A DNA stretch of 64,000 bases from Synechococcus sp. (GCA_047285305.1 JBJBDL010000003.1:832001-896000); one strand, 5' to 3'; counted from the stretch's first letter, positions 35,432 through 46,161 are shown. Numbers and translations: made by a program. Notes: generated by a model not told the origin, from the letters alone.

Positions 35432-36817
35432 TCAGGCGTCGTCCAGAAGGGGGATGATCAGGGTGCGGAAGTGTTCTCCTCTGGCCTCGAAATCCCGGTA
35501 TTGATCAAAGCTGGCGCAGGCCGGTGACAACAGCAGTGATGAGGCCTGATGCTGCTGCACGGCCGTTTCAGCCAGGTTCACAGCGCTTTCGAGCTCCGGG
35601 CACTGCAGCAGTTCGCCGGGGTATCCAGCCGCTTTGGCCAGGCTGGCCAGCTCATCGGCCCCCGTACCGAACAGGATCAGGCTGCAGACCTTGCTGTGCA
35701 GCTGCTCGAGCCAGCCACTGGCGTCGCCCTGTTTGGTCTGCCCCCCGGCCAGCACCACGATGGGTCCCTGCACGGCCCGCAAGCCAACCTCGGCTGCGTC
35801 GAAATTGGTGGCTTTGCTGTCGTTGAAAACGCTGGCTCCCGCCAAAGTGCCCAGGTGCTCAAGGCGGTGCGGTACGCCCGGAAATGTGCGCAAGGCGTCG
35901 GCGATTTGCTGGGGGGAAAGGCCGACCTCCAGGGCGGCAGCGGTCACCAGCAACAGGTTTTGGCGGTTGTGGCGGCCCGGCATCGCCAGGGCATCAGCCG
36001 CAAACAATCTGGTGGCGTTGTTGCGCACCATGCCCTCGTCATCAATCCAGAGGTCGGCGGGCTGGTTGTCCGGACGCGCGCCCTCACTGCTCACCCAGGT
36101 GCCGCGGTCCCAGCTGCTGCGTTGCTGGCGCAGATCTGGATCATCGGCATTGAAGAGGGCGCACGCCGAGCGTTCGAGTAGCCCGCGTTTGATGGCCCGA
36201 TAGGCCTCCAGGCTGCCGTGGCGCTCGAGATGGTCTGGGGTCAGCGTGGTCCAGATGCCGATCTTGGGGGCCACAGCGGGTGCTGCCTCAATCTGGTAAC
36301 TGCTGAGTTCCATCACGAGCCAATCGGGGCGGGGCGTTGCCCCTGAGCTGATCTGGAAGGCCAGCTCTGCCGCGGAGAGGCCCATGTTTCCCCCCATCGG
36401 TGCCGTGAGGCCTGAGGCCCTTAACACGTGGCTGAGCAGATGGGTGACCGTGGTTTTGCCGTTGGTTCCTGTGATGCCGATCCAGGGGATCTGTTGAAGG
36501 GCATCCCAGGCCAGATCCATCTCGCTGCGCACCTGGACGCCCTCGGATCGCAGCTGGTCAAGGGTTGGGTGATCCCAGGGGATGCCGGGGCCGATCACCA
36601 CAGCGTCCAGGTTGTCGCGCCAGGCGTCAAAGCTTTCCAGGGTCAGGGGCTGCCCCAGCACCACCCGAATGCCCTCTTCGGTGAGCATTTTCGAAGTGTG
36701 TTGGAGGGCTTCGTTATCGCCGCGTTCGAACACAACAACGTCACGATTCTGCTGCTTGAGCAAACGTGCAGCCCCCAAACCTGAGCGACCCAAGCCAACG
36801 ACAATCGTGCGTGTCAT
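35432..36817 (-). CDS. murD: UDP-N-acetylmuramoyl-L-alanine--D-glutamate ligase
   Basis: GITGTNGKTT, ELSSYQ, DHLERH, NDSKATN, LLSPACASFDQY. Confidence 0.97.
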   Translation of the reverse strand: MTRTIVVGLGRSGLGAARLLKQQNRDVVVFERGDNEALQHTSKMLTEEGIRVVLGQPLTLESFDAWRDNLDAVVIGPGIPWDHPTLDQLRSEGVQVRSEMDLAWDALQQIPWIGITGTNGKTTVTHLLSHVLRASGLTAPMGGNMGLSAAELAFQISSGATPRPDWLVMELSSYQIEAAPAVAPKIGIWTTLTPDHLERHGSLEAYRAIKRGLLERSACALFNADDPDLRQQRSSWDRGTWVSSEGARPDNQPADLWIDDEGMVRNNATRLFAADALAMPGRHNRQNLLLVTAAALEVGLSPQQIADALRTFPGVPHRLEHLGTLAGASVFNDSKATNFDAAEVGLRAVQGPIVVLAGGQTKQGDASGWLEQLHSKVCSLILFGTGADELASLAKAAGYPGELLQCPELESAVNLAETAVQQHQASSLLLSPACASFDQYRDFEARGEHFRTLIIPLLDDA

Positions 36818-36859
36818 CGCGAGGTCTGAGGTTTGAAAACGCAGTCCCGACAGGGAAAG

Positions 36860-36931
36860 TGGGCGATACTGGATTTGAACCAGTGACTCCTACAATGTCA
36901 ATGTAGTGCTCTACCCCTGAGCTAATCGCCC
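36860..36931 (-). tRNA. tRNA-Val(GAC)
   Basis: GGGCGATTAGCTCAGGGGTAGAGCACTACATTGACATTGTAGGAGTCACTGGTTCAAATCCAGTATCGCCCA folds as a cloverleaf with anticodon GAC; CCA not encoded. Confidence 0.97.
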
Positions 36932-37004
36932 GACATCGATCGAGTTGAAATCTTGTGATTTCAACGACCGAGGCTGAACAGTAGCAGCTGGTGGGCAGCT
37001 CAAC

Positions 37005-37781
37005 TCAACTGCGGCGCAGTTCAACGCGCCAGCGCTCCCGTTTGGTGCGGGTGAGCGAGATCACCTCCACTGAGCCGCGATCCTGCAGTTGCAGTCGGTC
37101 GCCCACCACCAGTTCACGGCTGGCCTGACGCACGTTGCCCCAGTTGAGCCGTAAACGCCCAGCTTTGACGTGGGTCACGATTTTGGCTCGGGACAGACCG
37201 AATCCTGCTGACGCAATCGCATCCAGGCGACAGGAGGCCTCCACCGTCTGCAGGGTGCGGATGCTGCGTTGCACAGGCTGATGCAACTGCTCCACAGCGC
37301 GGGATTCGCAGCGAATCTCCACCTCGCGCACGGCCCCCAGGCGGCCATGCAGGGCTTCGGCAGCGCTGGGGGTGCAGACCCCTTGCCCGCCGCGATCGCC
37401 CCGCACCCAGAGATCGCCGATGTTGTCCGCGTCGACGCCCATGGCCTGCAATGCTTCGCGCAGGTCCTCGGGGGAGAGGGGGTCGAAGAGGAAATTGCCT
37501 TCGATCAGCAAGCCTTGAGCCGGGGCCGCTGGATCAGGGCTGTCGTCGCGACGGTGGCAGAGCAGCCTTTGGCGTTCGGCGCCTGGATAGCCGCCATCAC
37601 TGATCCAGGTCAATTCACTGAGGCTGCCCAGGCGAGCCAAGGCTTCCTCCCGCAGCGGTGCGCTGAGAAAGGGACTCCAGGCTGGTTGCCAGGTGCGCAA
37701 CACCTGCTCCGCGAGATCGACCAGCACCGTCAGCCCTTCCGGGTTCTGGGTCCCCGCCAGCAGCTCCTCCCGGGGCAGCAT
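37005..37781 (-). CDS. YlmH/Sll1252-family S4-domain RNA-binding protein
   Basis: GGYPGAERQR, GNFLFDP, VEASCRLDAIASAGFGLSR. Confidence 0.9.
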   Translation of the reverse strand: MLPREELLAGTQNPEGLTVLVDLAEQVLRTWQPAWSPFLSAPLREEALARLGSLSELTWISDGGYPGAERQRLLCHRRDDSPDPAAPAQGLLIEGNFLFDPLSPEDLREALQAMGVDADNIGDLWVRGDRGGQGVCTPSAAEALHGRLGAVREVEIRCESRAVEQLHQPVQRSIRTLQTVEASCRLDAIASAGFGLSRAKIVTHVKAGRLRLNWGNVRQASRELVVGDRLQLQDRGSVEVISLTRTKRERWRVELRRS

Positions 37782-38281
37782 CACAGGTCGTCGAGCCGAA
37801 CCACCTGCTGCGGCCGCGACTTTTGAATCACCTGCCAGGGGGCCTCGATGCCATTGGGGGTTTCCAGCAGCACCAGCCAGCGTCCTTCGTCGCGGCGGTT
37901 GCGCAGGATCCGTACACCTGCGTCGTTGTCGGAATCCACGCTGGCGGCTGCGGCGTAGCTCCCCATCAGGCCAGAGCCCATGCCCAGTAGGCCTCCAATC
38001 AGGGTCTCACCCCAGGGACCAAAACTGGCGAAGGTGGTGAGGGTGGTGATCTTGGTGAAGGTGACCCCTGCCAGGAAACCGAAGGGCAACAGCCAGCGGG
38101 CCATGCCCCGCTGCCGCTGTTGGCGCGTGAGGTTGGGGTTCAGCAGGGCAACCTTGTTGATGGCATCACCATCTGGGGGGATCGTCAGACACTTCAGCAG
38201 CGGCAGATCGGTGTCCCGGAGCCGCTGGGTCAGGCCTTCCGCCGCAGGGGCATCGGCCATCACCATCACACAGACGGGCAT
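37781..38281 (-). CDS. hypothetical membrane protein
   Basis: [13 protein letters not shown] and [13 protein letters not shown] hydrophobic segments; stop overlaps the next start. Confidence 0.7.
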   Translation of the reverse strand: MPVCVMVMADAPAAEGLTQRLRDTDLPLLKCLTIPPDGDAINKVALLNPNLTRQQRQRGMARWLLPFGFLAGVTFTKITTLTTFASFGPWGETLIGGLLGMGSGLMGSYAAAASVDSDNDAGVRILRNRRDEGRWLVLLETPNGIEAPWQVIQKSRPQQVVRLDDL

Positions 38282-38387
38282 GGGGCATTCAGGTCCAATG
38301 CGCTGAATTCTGAACCCTGTGCTTCGAATTGGAGGGGGTGGTGGATGTCGATCTCTACAGTTCACCGCGGCAGTTCTGCGCCTTTCG

Positions 38388-39974
38388 ATGACGAAAGTTC
38401 TTGTCTCCGATCCGATCGACCAGGCCGGGATCGACATCCTTGGCCAAGTGGCGCAGGTGGATAAGCGCACCGGCCTCTCGGAGGAGGAGCTGATCGGGAT
38501 CATCGGTGAGTACGACGGATTGATGATCCGGTCCGGCACCCAGGTGACCGCAGCGGTGATAGCGGCGGCAAGCCGGCTCAAGATCATCGGCCGCGCCGGC
38601 GTCGGCGTCGACAACGTTGATGTGCCTGCGGCCACCCAGCGAGGTGTGCTGGTGGTGAACTCGCCGGAGGGCAACACCATCGCCGCAGCGGAGCATGCTC
38701 TGGCGATGATGCTGACTCTCTCGCGGCACATTCCTCAGGCCCATGGCGGCATGCGGGCCGGCAAGTGGGACCGCAAGAAATACGTCGGCAACGAGCTCTA
38801 CAAAAAGACCCTGGGGGTGGTCGGTCTCGGCAAGATTGGTTCTCACGTCGCCCGGGTTGCCCAGGCCATGGGCATGGAGGTGATCGCCTACGACCCCTTC
38901 ATTGCCGCCGACAGGGCTCAACGGATGCAGGTGAAGCTGCTGGAGCTGGATGAGCTGTTCCGCACCGCCGACTACGTCACCCTGCACATCCCGCGCACCA
39001 AGGACACCGAGAACCTGGTGAATGCGGAGCTGCTGCGCACGATGAAGCCCACGGCGCGGATCGTGAACTGCGCCCGCGGCGGCGTGGTGGATGAGGCGGC
39101 GATCGCTGAAGCCATCAACAACGGTGTAATCGCCGGTGCTGGCCTGGATGTGTACGCAAGTGAGCCCCTGGTGGAAGACTCCCCCCTGCGGGCGGTGGAG
39201 CGTGGTCTGGTGCTTACGCCCCACCTCGGTGCATCGACGGAAGAGGCCCAGGAGAATGTGGCGATCGATGTGGCTGAGCAGATCCGTGATGTGCTGCTGG
39301 GTCTGCCGGCCCGCAGTGCGGTCAACATTCCCGGCCTCAGCGCCGAGATCATGGAGCGGCTCAAACCCCATCTCCAGCTCGCTGAGACGGTCGGTCTGCT
39401 CGTCAGTCAGCTAGCTGGCGGTCATGTGAAGGAGATGGAACTGCGCTTGCAAGGGGAATTCGCCAGCCATCCCTCCCAGCCTCTGGTGATTGCTGCTCTG
39501 AAGGGTCTGCTCAGTGCAGGCCTGGGTGACAGCATCAACTTCGTGAATGCCTCTCTCGAGGCCAAGGCCCGCGGCATTCAGGTGCTGGAGGTGAAGGATG
39601 AGAGCAGCCGCGACTTTGCTGGTGGCTCACTGCAAATCACCACCCGTGGGGATCAGGGCAGCCGAAGTGTCACCGGTGCCGTTTTTGCCGATGGCGATCT
39701 GCGCATCACCAGCATCGATGCCTTCCCGGTGAATGTGACCCCCAGCAGCCACATGTTGTTCACCCGACACCGGGACATGCCGGGAATCATTGGTCACCTG
39801 GGCTCTCTGCTGGGCGAACACAACGTCAACATCGCTTCCATGCAGGTGGGCCGCAAAATCGTGCGCGGTGATGCGGTGATGGTGCTCAGCATCGATGATC
39901 CGATCCCAGCAGATCTGCTGCAGACGATCACGGCAATCGATGGCATCCAGGAAGCACACCCGGTCACGCTCTGA
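38388..39974 (+). CDS. serA: D-3-phosphoglycerate dehydrogenase
   Basis: [30 protein letters not shown]-terminal ACT domain. Confidence 0.97.
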   Translation: MTKVLVSDPIDQAGIDILGQVAQVDKRTGLSEEELIGIIGEYDGLMIRSGTQVTAAVIAAASRLKIIGRAGVGVDNVDVPAATQRGVLVVNSPEGNTIAAAEHALAMMLTLSRHIPQAHGGMRAGKWDRKKYVGNELYKKTLGVVGLGKIGSHVARVAQAMGMEVIAYDPFIAADRAQRMQVKLLELDELFRTADYVTLHIPRTKDTENLVNAELLRTMKPTARIVNCARGGVVDEAAIAEAINNGVIAGAGLDVYASEPLVEDSPLRAVERGLVLTPHLGASTEEAQENVAIDVAEQIRDVLLGLPARSAVNIPGLSAEIMERLKPHLQLAETVGLLVSQLAGGHVKEMELRLQGEFASHPSQPLVIAALKGLLSAGLGDSINFVNASLEAKARGIQVLEVKDESSRDFAGGSLQITTRGDQGSRSVTGAVFADGDLRITSIDAFPVNVTPSSHMLFTRHRDMPGIIGHLGSLLGEHNVNIASMQVGRKIVRGDAVMVLSIDDPIPADLLQTITAIDGIQEAHPVTL

Positions 39975-40861
39975 TGTGGTGGCGTCTCACACTCCCGTGT
40001 CCTCCGGAGCTGGAGGAATCGTTGGTGTGGAAACTGACGGATCTGGGGCTGCATCGCCATGCGGTGCAGCATGCGCCGGAAACGCCTGATCGCAAGACAC
40101 TGTTGATCTGGCTCCCGAAGCCAGAGTGGCCGGAACCTCAGCGGCGGGAGCTGGTCGCCAGCCTGCAGCCGCTGGCGGAGCCCTTTGGACTCAGCCTGCC
40201 CGATGGGCACTGGGACGATGTGGCCGACGAGGATTGGAGCCTCAGCTGGAAACAGCATTGGCAGGCCGATCCTGTCGGTACGGATCTGTTGATCCTGCCG
40301 GCCTGGCTGGAGGTTCCGCCGGAGCATGCCGACCGGCTGGTGATCAAGATGGATCCGGGCAGTGCCTTCGGCACAGGAAGTCACCCCACCACCCGGCTCT
40401 GCCTGGAGGCTTTGGAGCAGTCGCCTCCGGTGGGGGCGCTTGTGGCCGATCTGGGCTGCGGCAGCGGGGTGCTGGGCCTCGCTGCGCTGGGCCTGGGGGC
40501 GGAGTCGGTGGTGGCCGCTGACACCGATTCCCTTGCGGTGCGTGCCACGGCGGACAACCGCGGCCTCAACGACCGATCGGAGGCTGAACTTCAGGTGGCT
40601 CTTGGTTCTGTGGAGACCCTCAACGAGATTCTCGCGCCCCGCCGCGCTGATCTGCTGCTCTGCAACATCCTGGCTCCGGTGATTGAAGCCCTCTCCCCGG
40701 GTTTCGAGGGGCTGCTTCAGCCCGACGGGCGCGCTCTGCTCAGTGGGCTCCTTGTGGATCAGGCGCCACGCCTGAAGGAGGTCCTCGGGGGCTTGGGCTG
40801 GTTGGTCACCGCCGAGGCGGCACAGGGCCGCTGGGGGCTGCTGGAGATCCGCCGCCGCTAG
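39974..40861 (+). CDS. prmA: ribosomal protein L11 methyltransferase
   Basis: MDPGSAFGTGSHPTT, DLGCGSGVL, CNILA, LSGLL. Confidence 0.95.
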   Translation: MWWRLTLPCPPELEESLVWKLTDLGLHRHAVQHAPETPDRKTLLIWLPKPEWPEPQRRELVASLQPLAEPFGLSLPDGHWDDVADEDWSLSWKQHWQADPVGTDLLILPAWLEVPPEHADRLVIKMDPGSAFGTGSHPTTRLCLEALEQSPPVGALVADLGCGSGVLGLAALGLGAESVVAADTDSLAVRATADNRGLNDRSEAELQVALGSVETLNEILAPRRADLLLCNILAPVIEALSPGFEGLLQPDGRALLSGLLVDQAPRLKEVLGGLGWLVTAEAAQGRWGLLEIRRR

Positions 40862-41016
40862 GTCTGGCTCTATAAGCCAGGCTTATCAGAGTGGGGTCTC
40901 CGATTGGTCCTCCTCCCTAGTGGCCATGGAATCGTCAGGTTGAGCACCTATTTGAAGTAAAAATGTGGCGTTCTGCAGGACCGGGTTTTCCGGAACCCTG
41001 TACGCATTCATCAATC

Positions 41017-41316
41017 ATGGCTTCCTACAAGGTCACTCTGGTCTCCGAGAGCGAAGGTCTGAACAAGACCATCGAAGTGCCTGACGACCAGTACATCCTC
41101 GACGCTGCTGAAGAGCAGGGCATCGACCTCCCCTACTCCTGCCGAGCTGGCGCTTGCTCCACCTGCGCCGGCAAGATCACCGCTGGCACCGTCGACCAGT
41201 CCGACCAGAGCTTCCTGGACGACGACCAGATCGAAGCTGGTTTCGTGTTGACCTGTGTCGCCTACCCCACCAGCGACTGCACCATCAAGACCCACGCCGA
41301 AGAAGAGCTCTATTGA
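41017..41316 (+). CDS. petF: plant-type ferredoxin
   Basis: [16 protein letters not shown]...[12 protein letters not shown]...LTCVAYP. Confidence 0.98.
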   Translation: MASYKVTLVSESEGLNKTIEVPDDQYILDAAEEQGIDLPYSCRAGACSTCAGKITAGTVDQSDQSFLDDDQIEAGFVLTCVAYPTSDCTIKTHAEEELY

Positions 41317-41345
41317 GCCTCTGTCCTTCAACTGGACGTGTCCTC

Positions 41346-41372
41346 AACCACCCCTTCGGGGGTGGTTTTTTT
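41346..41372 (+). terminator. intrinsic terminator of petF
   Basis: AACCACCCC-TTCG-GGGGTGGTT plus a T-run. Confidence 0.88.
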
Positions 41373-41415
41373 GGGTCTGGTCGTCTTCCATGCGTGTCCC
41401 TTGTCTTCTCCTGTC

Positions 41416-41802
41416 GTGAGCGACCCCGAAGTCGACGATCTTCTGGAGCCCGGCAGCGTTCACACCAGCCCCGGCGGTCAGTACAGCTTCCGCGTCATCG
41501 GGCCCTGTTGCCGGTTGTTTGATCGCGAAGAACTGCCCTGGCCCTGCTGTCGTCTGGCCTGGCGCAGCAAAGAGCCGAGCTGGCGACGGATCGGACGGCG
41601 GTTTGTTCCCGACCTGGCGGCCCGGCGTTGCCCCTCCTACGCCGTGGAACTGCTGCAGCCGGGAGGACGACCCACACCCACCGTATTGACCCTGTTCTCT
41701 GTTCGTTTCAGCCGGGATCTGCAGGAGTGGTGGTACAGCCGCCATCCCAACTCCATGGCTCCTGAGCAGGTGAGTCCCCAACAAAAAGGCCCGACGGCCT
41801 GA
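41416..41802 (+). CDS. hypothetical Cys-rich protein
   Basis: ORF filling the petF-psbV gap with PCCRL twice. Start uncertain. Confidence 0.65.
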   Translation: MSDPEVDDLLEPGSVHTSPGGQYSFRVIGPCCRLFDREELPWPCCRLAWRSKEPSWRRIGRRFVPDLAARRCPSYAVELLQPGGRPTPTVLTLFSVRFSRDLQEWWYSRHPNSMAPEQVSPQQKGPTA

Positions 41803-41812
41803 GGCCGCCGGG
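41783..41812 (-). terminator. probable terminator of psbV
   Basis: Minus strand CCCGGCGGCC-TCA-GGCCGTCGGG-CC-TTTTT. Confidence 0.6.
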
Positions 41813-41851
41813 GACGAACGATTCTGATTGGAGTTGATCGGCAGAAGCTGA

Positions 41852-42364
41852 TCAGAAGTAGATCTTCCCGCCACCCCAGGCGCTGCCCTGGACTTTGGGC
41901 GACACCAGGATGTAACCAGCCATCAGGCGCAGATCTTCATCATCGAGATCGCGCATGGCGGGATATAGCTCAGCGTCGCGCATGCTCGGGTGCAGGTCAG
42001 CAATGCTGTACTCACCGTCGTAGGAGGTGGGGTCCTTCATGTAATCGACCAGGGCCTCAACGTTGTCGCGAGCTGGGGTGGCCAGGGCCAGAGTCTCAGG
42101 ATCCAAACCCACGTTGTGGTTGGTCTTGGTGATGCCGCCGGCGTGGCAGGTGCCGCAGCTGGTGTTGAACACCTTGCGGCCAGCATCGATTTCTCGATCG
42201 CTGAAGGTCACCTCTGTGCCGGAGGGATCTGCTGGAACCGTCAGGGTCTCAGCGTCCCACTGGGCCGCCTGAGCCGGAGAGATAACGGCCAAACCGATCA
42301 GCACCGGGAAGAGGACCAGAAGGCCCTTCAGGGACCGTCGCAAGGAAGAGAACACAGAGGCCAT
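41852..42364 (-). CDS. psbV: photosystem II cytochrome c550
   Basis: Signal peptide, CGTCHAGGITKTN, PTSYDGE, WGGGKIYF. Confidence 0.96.
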   Translation of the reverse strand: MASVFSSLRRSLKGLLVLFPVLIGLAVISPAQAAQWDAETLTVPADPSGTEVTFSDREIDAGRKVFNTSCGTCHAGGITKTNHNVGLDPETLALATPARDNVEALVDYMKDPTSYDGEYSIADLHPSMRDAELYPAMRDLDDEDLRLMAGYILVSPKVQGSAWGGGKIYF

Positions 42365-42437
42365 GAAGGTAAGGGGGTGTGACGCATTCACCGCACCAAG
42401 CTCTTGTATCACGGGGAAGTGACCCTCTGTGGCCGGA

Positions 42438-43397
42438 TCACGAACTGTTGCAGCGTGGTTTGACGTCAATGCTGAGGAAGTCCTTGGCCAGCAGCGTGTT
42501 GGGGAAGATCGCCTTGGCCTCGTCCAAGAGGTCTTGGGGCGTGACCGGGTTGCCCGGCACGTAGCGCGGGCTCAGGTGGGTGAGCACCAGCTGCCCCACA
42601 CCCGCTTCGGCGGCCGTCTGTGCAGCCATGGTGCTGGTGGAGTGCTGTTTCTGGAACGCCATCTCCGCCTCGCCATGGGCAAAGGTTGATTCATGGATCA
42701 GCAGATCCGCGCCGCGCGCAAGCTCGACGGCCGCTTCGCAGAACACGGTGTCGGTGCAATAGACGACGCTCACACCAGGCCTTTCCTCACCGCAGAGGCT
42801 GGTGCCGTCGATGCTGCGACCGTCCTCCAGGATCACCTTTTCGCCCCGCTTCAACTGGGCGTACACGGGGCCGGGCGGGATGTTCAGTTCCAGTGCTTTC
42901 TCAATATCGAAACGACCGGCCAGGGGCTTCTGTTCGATGCGATAGGCGTAGGCCGGCACACGGTGGGTGAGCGGTGTGCAGCTCACCGTGAAGTCGTCGT
43001 CCTCGAACAGCAGCGTGCCCTGCTCGGCTGCATCCCGGACCCTGTGGACAGCGAGGGGATAGCCGATCCGGGTGGAGCTGGTATGTAGCACACCATTCAG
43101 GTAACTCTCCAGTGGGTCCGGCCCGTAGAGATCCACCCCTGCTGCGCTGCTGCCGGCGAGCCCGAGGCTGGCGAGCAGACCAGGCAGGCCGAACACGTGG
43201 TCGCCATGCATGTGGGTGATGAACACTCGGCGCAGCTGCGACAGCCTCAGATCACTGCGTAAAAACTGATGTTGGGTTCCCTCACCGCAGTCGAATAGCC
43301 ACATCTCCGAGCGCTGCGGCAAGCGCAGAGCCACAGCTGAAACGTTGCGGGCCCGGGTGGGTACCCCAGAACTCGTACCGAGAAATGTGACCTGCAA
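42438..43397 (-). CDS. rnz: ribonuclease Z
   Basis: [36 protein letters not shown]. Confidence 0.96.
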   Translation of the reverse strand: MQVTFLGTSSGVPTRARNVSAVALRLPQRSEMWLFDCGEGTQHQFLRSDLRLSQLRRVFITHMHGDHVFGLPGLLASLGLAGSSAAGVDLYGPDPLESYLNGVLHTSSTRIGYPLAVHRVRDAAEQGTLLFEDDDFTVSCTPLTHRVPAYAYRIEQKPLAGRFDIEKALELNIPPGPVYAQLKRGEKVILEDGRSIDGTSLCGEERPGVSVVYCTDTVFCEAAVELARGADLLIHESTFAHGEAEMAFQKQHSTSTMAAQTAAEAGVGQLVLTHLSPRYVPGNPVTPQDLLDEAKAIFPNTLLAKDFLSIDVKPRCNSS

Positions 43398-43402
43398 GGC
43401 CG

Positions 43403-44845
43403 GTGCTCCTCAGGACTCATGCTGCCATCTGGCTGAACCTAGGAACAGGCGGCACACTGGGACGTCTGTTGATCTCCAGCGTGCGCCGCCCCTCCGTTGC
43501 CGTCGGGCTGGTGCTCGTCGCTCTGATCGCTCCATCACCGGTGGTGCTGGCCCGCGGCCGCGAGCCGCAGATGCGCGTGCTGCTGCTGGAGAACAACCAG
43601 GTCAGCCTGCGCTCCGATGGCGTAAAGCCGCTGCGGGTGCAGGGACTCCCCGGCGGCGAGCGACGGCCGCAGCGGCTGCAGCTCAGCCTTCAAGGAGCCC
43701 GCCTGAGTGCCACTGTGGATGGCCGATCGATGCGGCTGGCCCCCAGCACCCTGGTGACGGTGCAGAACGACGATCCACGGGGCATCTGGCTGGGGGGGCG
43801 TCGCTACCGCGGTGTGCTGCGCGTCAGCGGACGCGGCGGGACCTTGCGGGTGGTCAATAGCTTGGGCGTTGAGACCTATCTCGCCAGTGTTGTCGGCAGC
43901 GAAATGCCCCACCGCTGGCCCCTGGCTGCCTTGCAGGCCCAGGCCGTGGCCGCGCGCACCTATGCGTTGAAACAACGCAGCCGCGGTGGTGCCTGGGATG
44001 TAAAGGCCACGGTGGCGAGTCAGGCGTACCGCGGCGTGGAGTCGGAGACCCCGAGCACACGCAGGGCGGTGGCGAGCACCCGTTCTCTGGTGCTCGTGCA
44101 CGGCGGTCGCCTGATCGATGCCGTCTTCCACAGCAGTTCTGGCGGGGTGACCGAGGCGAGTGGGATGGTCTGGCGCCGCCAGCATCCCTATCTGGTCAGC
44201 GTCCCCGACCACGATCAGCACAGCCCGGTGCACCGCTGGGAACAATGGTTTGATTCGGCCGGGCTGCTTCAGCGGCTGCCCGAAACCGGTGGGCTCCAGG
44301 ACGTTGAGGTGCTGAGTCGTTCCGCCAGCGGACGCGTGCGTGAGGTCCGCTTGTGCGGGCCCCGCGGATCGCTGGTGCTCAGCGGCAGCGAGCTGCGCAA
44401 GCGATTTGGTCTCAACAGCACGCTGGTGAACTTTGAGATGCTGACCGCAACCGCCAGCCGTGGCTCCCGTATCGATCGGATCACGGCTTCGGTGACCCGC
44501 CAGCGGGGAGCATGGCCGCCTCTTTTAGTGGCCCCTCCGCCGGTGTTAGTCAGCAAGAAGTCGGTGCGTCGTTGGTCCGCTGGCGGACTCCAGCTGCTGG
44601 TGAAGGGCCAGGGCTATGGCCACGGCGTTGGCATGAGTCAGTGGGGAGCCCACGGTCTGGCGGAGCAGGGGGCCGGCTTCCGTTCGATTCTTCGGCACTA
44701 CTACCGCGGGGCTGAGGTTGTTCCCTACCAGCCGCACCACGACCCATCGCTGGCGCTGAAGCCCCCAACGAAGCCACTCTGGAGAGACATGCCGGTTTCG
44801 CCCTTTGGCGCGGTTTCCCTGTCGTCTGCAACGCCATTCCAGTGA
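43403..44845 (+). CDS. SpoIID/LytB-domain protein
   Basis: [35 protein letters not shown]. The true start is probably somewhat downstream. Confidence 0.9.
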   Translation: MLLRTHAAIWLNLGTGGTLGRLLISSVRRPSVAVGLVLVALIAPSPVVLARGREPQMRVLLLENNQVSLRSDGVKPLRVQGLPGGERRPQRLQLSLQGARLSATVDGRSMRLAPSTLVTVQNDDPRGIWLGGRRYRGVLRVSGRGGTLRVVNSLGVETYLASVVGSEMPHRWPLAALQAQAVAARTYALKQRSRGGAWDVKATVASQAYRGVESETPSTRRAVASTRSLVLVHGGRLIDAVFHSSSGGVTEASGMVWRRQHPYLVSVPDHDQHSPVHRWEQWFDSAGLLQRLPETGGLQDVEVLSRSASGRVREVRLCGPRGSLVLSGSELRKRFGLNSTLVNFEMLTATASRGSRIDRITASVTRQRGAWPPLLVAPPPVLVSKKSVRRWSAGGLQLLVKGQGYGHGVGMSQWGAHGLAEQGAGFRSILRHYYRGAEVVPYQPHHDPSLALKPPTKPLWRDMPVSPFGAVSLSSATPFQ

Positions 44846-45572
44846 CACGGATCTGTGTGCTGTGCTGGCGGCCCATCTGGAGCGTCATCTGCGCAGTTGG
44901 CAGGGGCCTGATCCCCTGAAGCCATTGGGCCTGGCTACGGGACGCACTATGGAGCCGCTCTATCGCACCCTGGTGGAACGGCTGCTGTCGTGGTCTGCCG
45001 ATGAGCTGGAGGCCCTGCGGGCCCGATGGTGCAGCTTCAACCTGGACGAATACCTCGGACTTTCATCGGAGGATCCCCGGGGCTATCGGGCCTACATGAC
45101 CCACCACCTCGCTGCACCCCTGGGCTTGCCCGTCTCAGCGGTACATCTGCCCGACAGCACTGCCGCTGACGGAGCGGTTGCCGCGCGGCGATACAGCGAG
45201 CAGCTCAGCTGCTGCGGGGGCATCGGCCTGCAGCTTCTGGGGCTTGGCAGCAATGGTCATGTGGGTTTCAACGAGCCGCCTTGTCCCCCTGATCAGCACT
45301 GCCATGAGGTAGAGCTGACCCCTGCGACCCGGCAGCAGAACGCGGTGCTCTTCGATGGTTGCCTTGAGGCTGTGCCCCAGCGGGCTATCACTCTGGGCCT
45401 GTGGGAGATCCTCGAGGCTGCTGAGATTCATCTGGTGGTGACCGGCGCCGCCAAGGCCGGCATCCTCAAGCGGTTGTTGGACTTAACGGAGCCGGATCCT
45501 GCGCTGCCCGCCAGCTGGCTGCTGACCCATCCCAATGTCTGGCTCTGGTGCGATGCAGCGGCTTTAGCTTGA
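44805..45572 (+). CDS. nagB: glucosamine-6-phosphate deaminase
   Basis: LGLATGRT, FNLDEYLGL, LLGLGSNGHVGFNEP, PASWL. Confidence 0.9.
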   Translation: MARFPCRLQRHSSDTDLCAVLAAHLERHLRSWQGPDPLKPLGLATGRTMEPLYRTLVERLLSWSADELEALRARWCSFNLDEYLGLSSEDPRGYRAYMTHHLAAPLGLPVSAVHLPDSTAADGAVAARRYSEQLSCCGGIGLQLLGLGSNGHVGFNEPPCPPDQHCHEVELTPATRQQNAVLFDGCLEAVPQRAITLGLWEILEAAEIHLVVTGAAKAGILKRLLDLTEPDPALPASWLLTHPNVWLWCDAAALA

Positions 45573-45591
45573 ACAGCCGAGAGCAGCGGCG

Positions 45592-45855
45592 ATGAGCATC
45601 GACCCCGTGGAACGGCGCCTTGAGCAGAGCTTTGAAGCGGAACGCTGGACGCGCTTCATTCAGGACTGTCAGGACCTTGAGCAGTTGCGCGAGACGGCCT
45701 TGGCGTTAGTGCAGCAGCTGGCCCAGCAGAAGGCGTCTAGTGCCTGGATGGCCACACGGGCCTCGGAATCGGAAAATGCAAAGTTGGAGATGCTGGCGCG
45801 GATGATCCGTCAGCAACCCGATGGCGAGGAGGAGAAGGCGACTGAGTCCCTCTAA
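45592..45855 (+). CDS. small hypothetical helical protein
   Basis: 87-aa ATG-initiated ORF 19 nt after nagB. Confidence 0.6.
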   Translation: MSIDPVERRLEQSFEAERWTRFIQDCQDLEQLRETALALVQQLAQQKASSAWMATRASESENAKLEMLARMIRQQPDGEEEKATESL

Positions 45856-45885
45856 GGGGGCCCCAGCCGCCGGCCTGGTCGGGTG

Positions 45886-46056
45886 TCAGTGTTCCTTTTG
45901 CCAGCGACTCAGGTGTGCGGGCGAGAACTTGTGGCCGTGTTTGGCCCCGACCTTGACCACGCAGGAGTTGTCCTTGCCGCAGCGCTGCACCTCATCGCGG
46001 ATCGAGTCGTTGCTCTGCACCCGCGACATGAACGTCTCCAGCTGTTTCATGGACAT
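45886..46056 (-). CDS. Nif11-leader-like small protein (56 aa)
   Basis: Manual translation MSMKQLETFMSRVQSNDSIRDEVQRCGKDNSCVVKVGAKHGHKFSPAHLSRWQKEH*. GGAGG lies 6 nt before the ATG; third codon positions are strongly G/C-biased. Confidence 0.8.
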   Translation of the reverse strand: MSMKQLETFMSRVQSNDSIRDEVQRCGKDNSCVVKVGAKHGHKFSPAHLSRWQKEH

Positions 46057-46161
46057 GGCGATCCTCCAGAAGTGATGTCTTCGGCCTAGCGCTGGGGTTG
46101 ATCGGGACTCAGGGCCTCAAGCTTTGGTGCGGATTTGCTGAAGACAAACTTCAAGGAGGCG

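Noticed and set aside
36820..37004. tRNA-Val as an island integration site, and the adjacent hairpin GTTGAAATC-TTGT-GATTTCAAC (36944-36965)
   Set aside because: No integrase or duplicated tRNA 3' end was seen and both flanks are core genes. The hairpin is most simply a leader or terminator structure.
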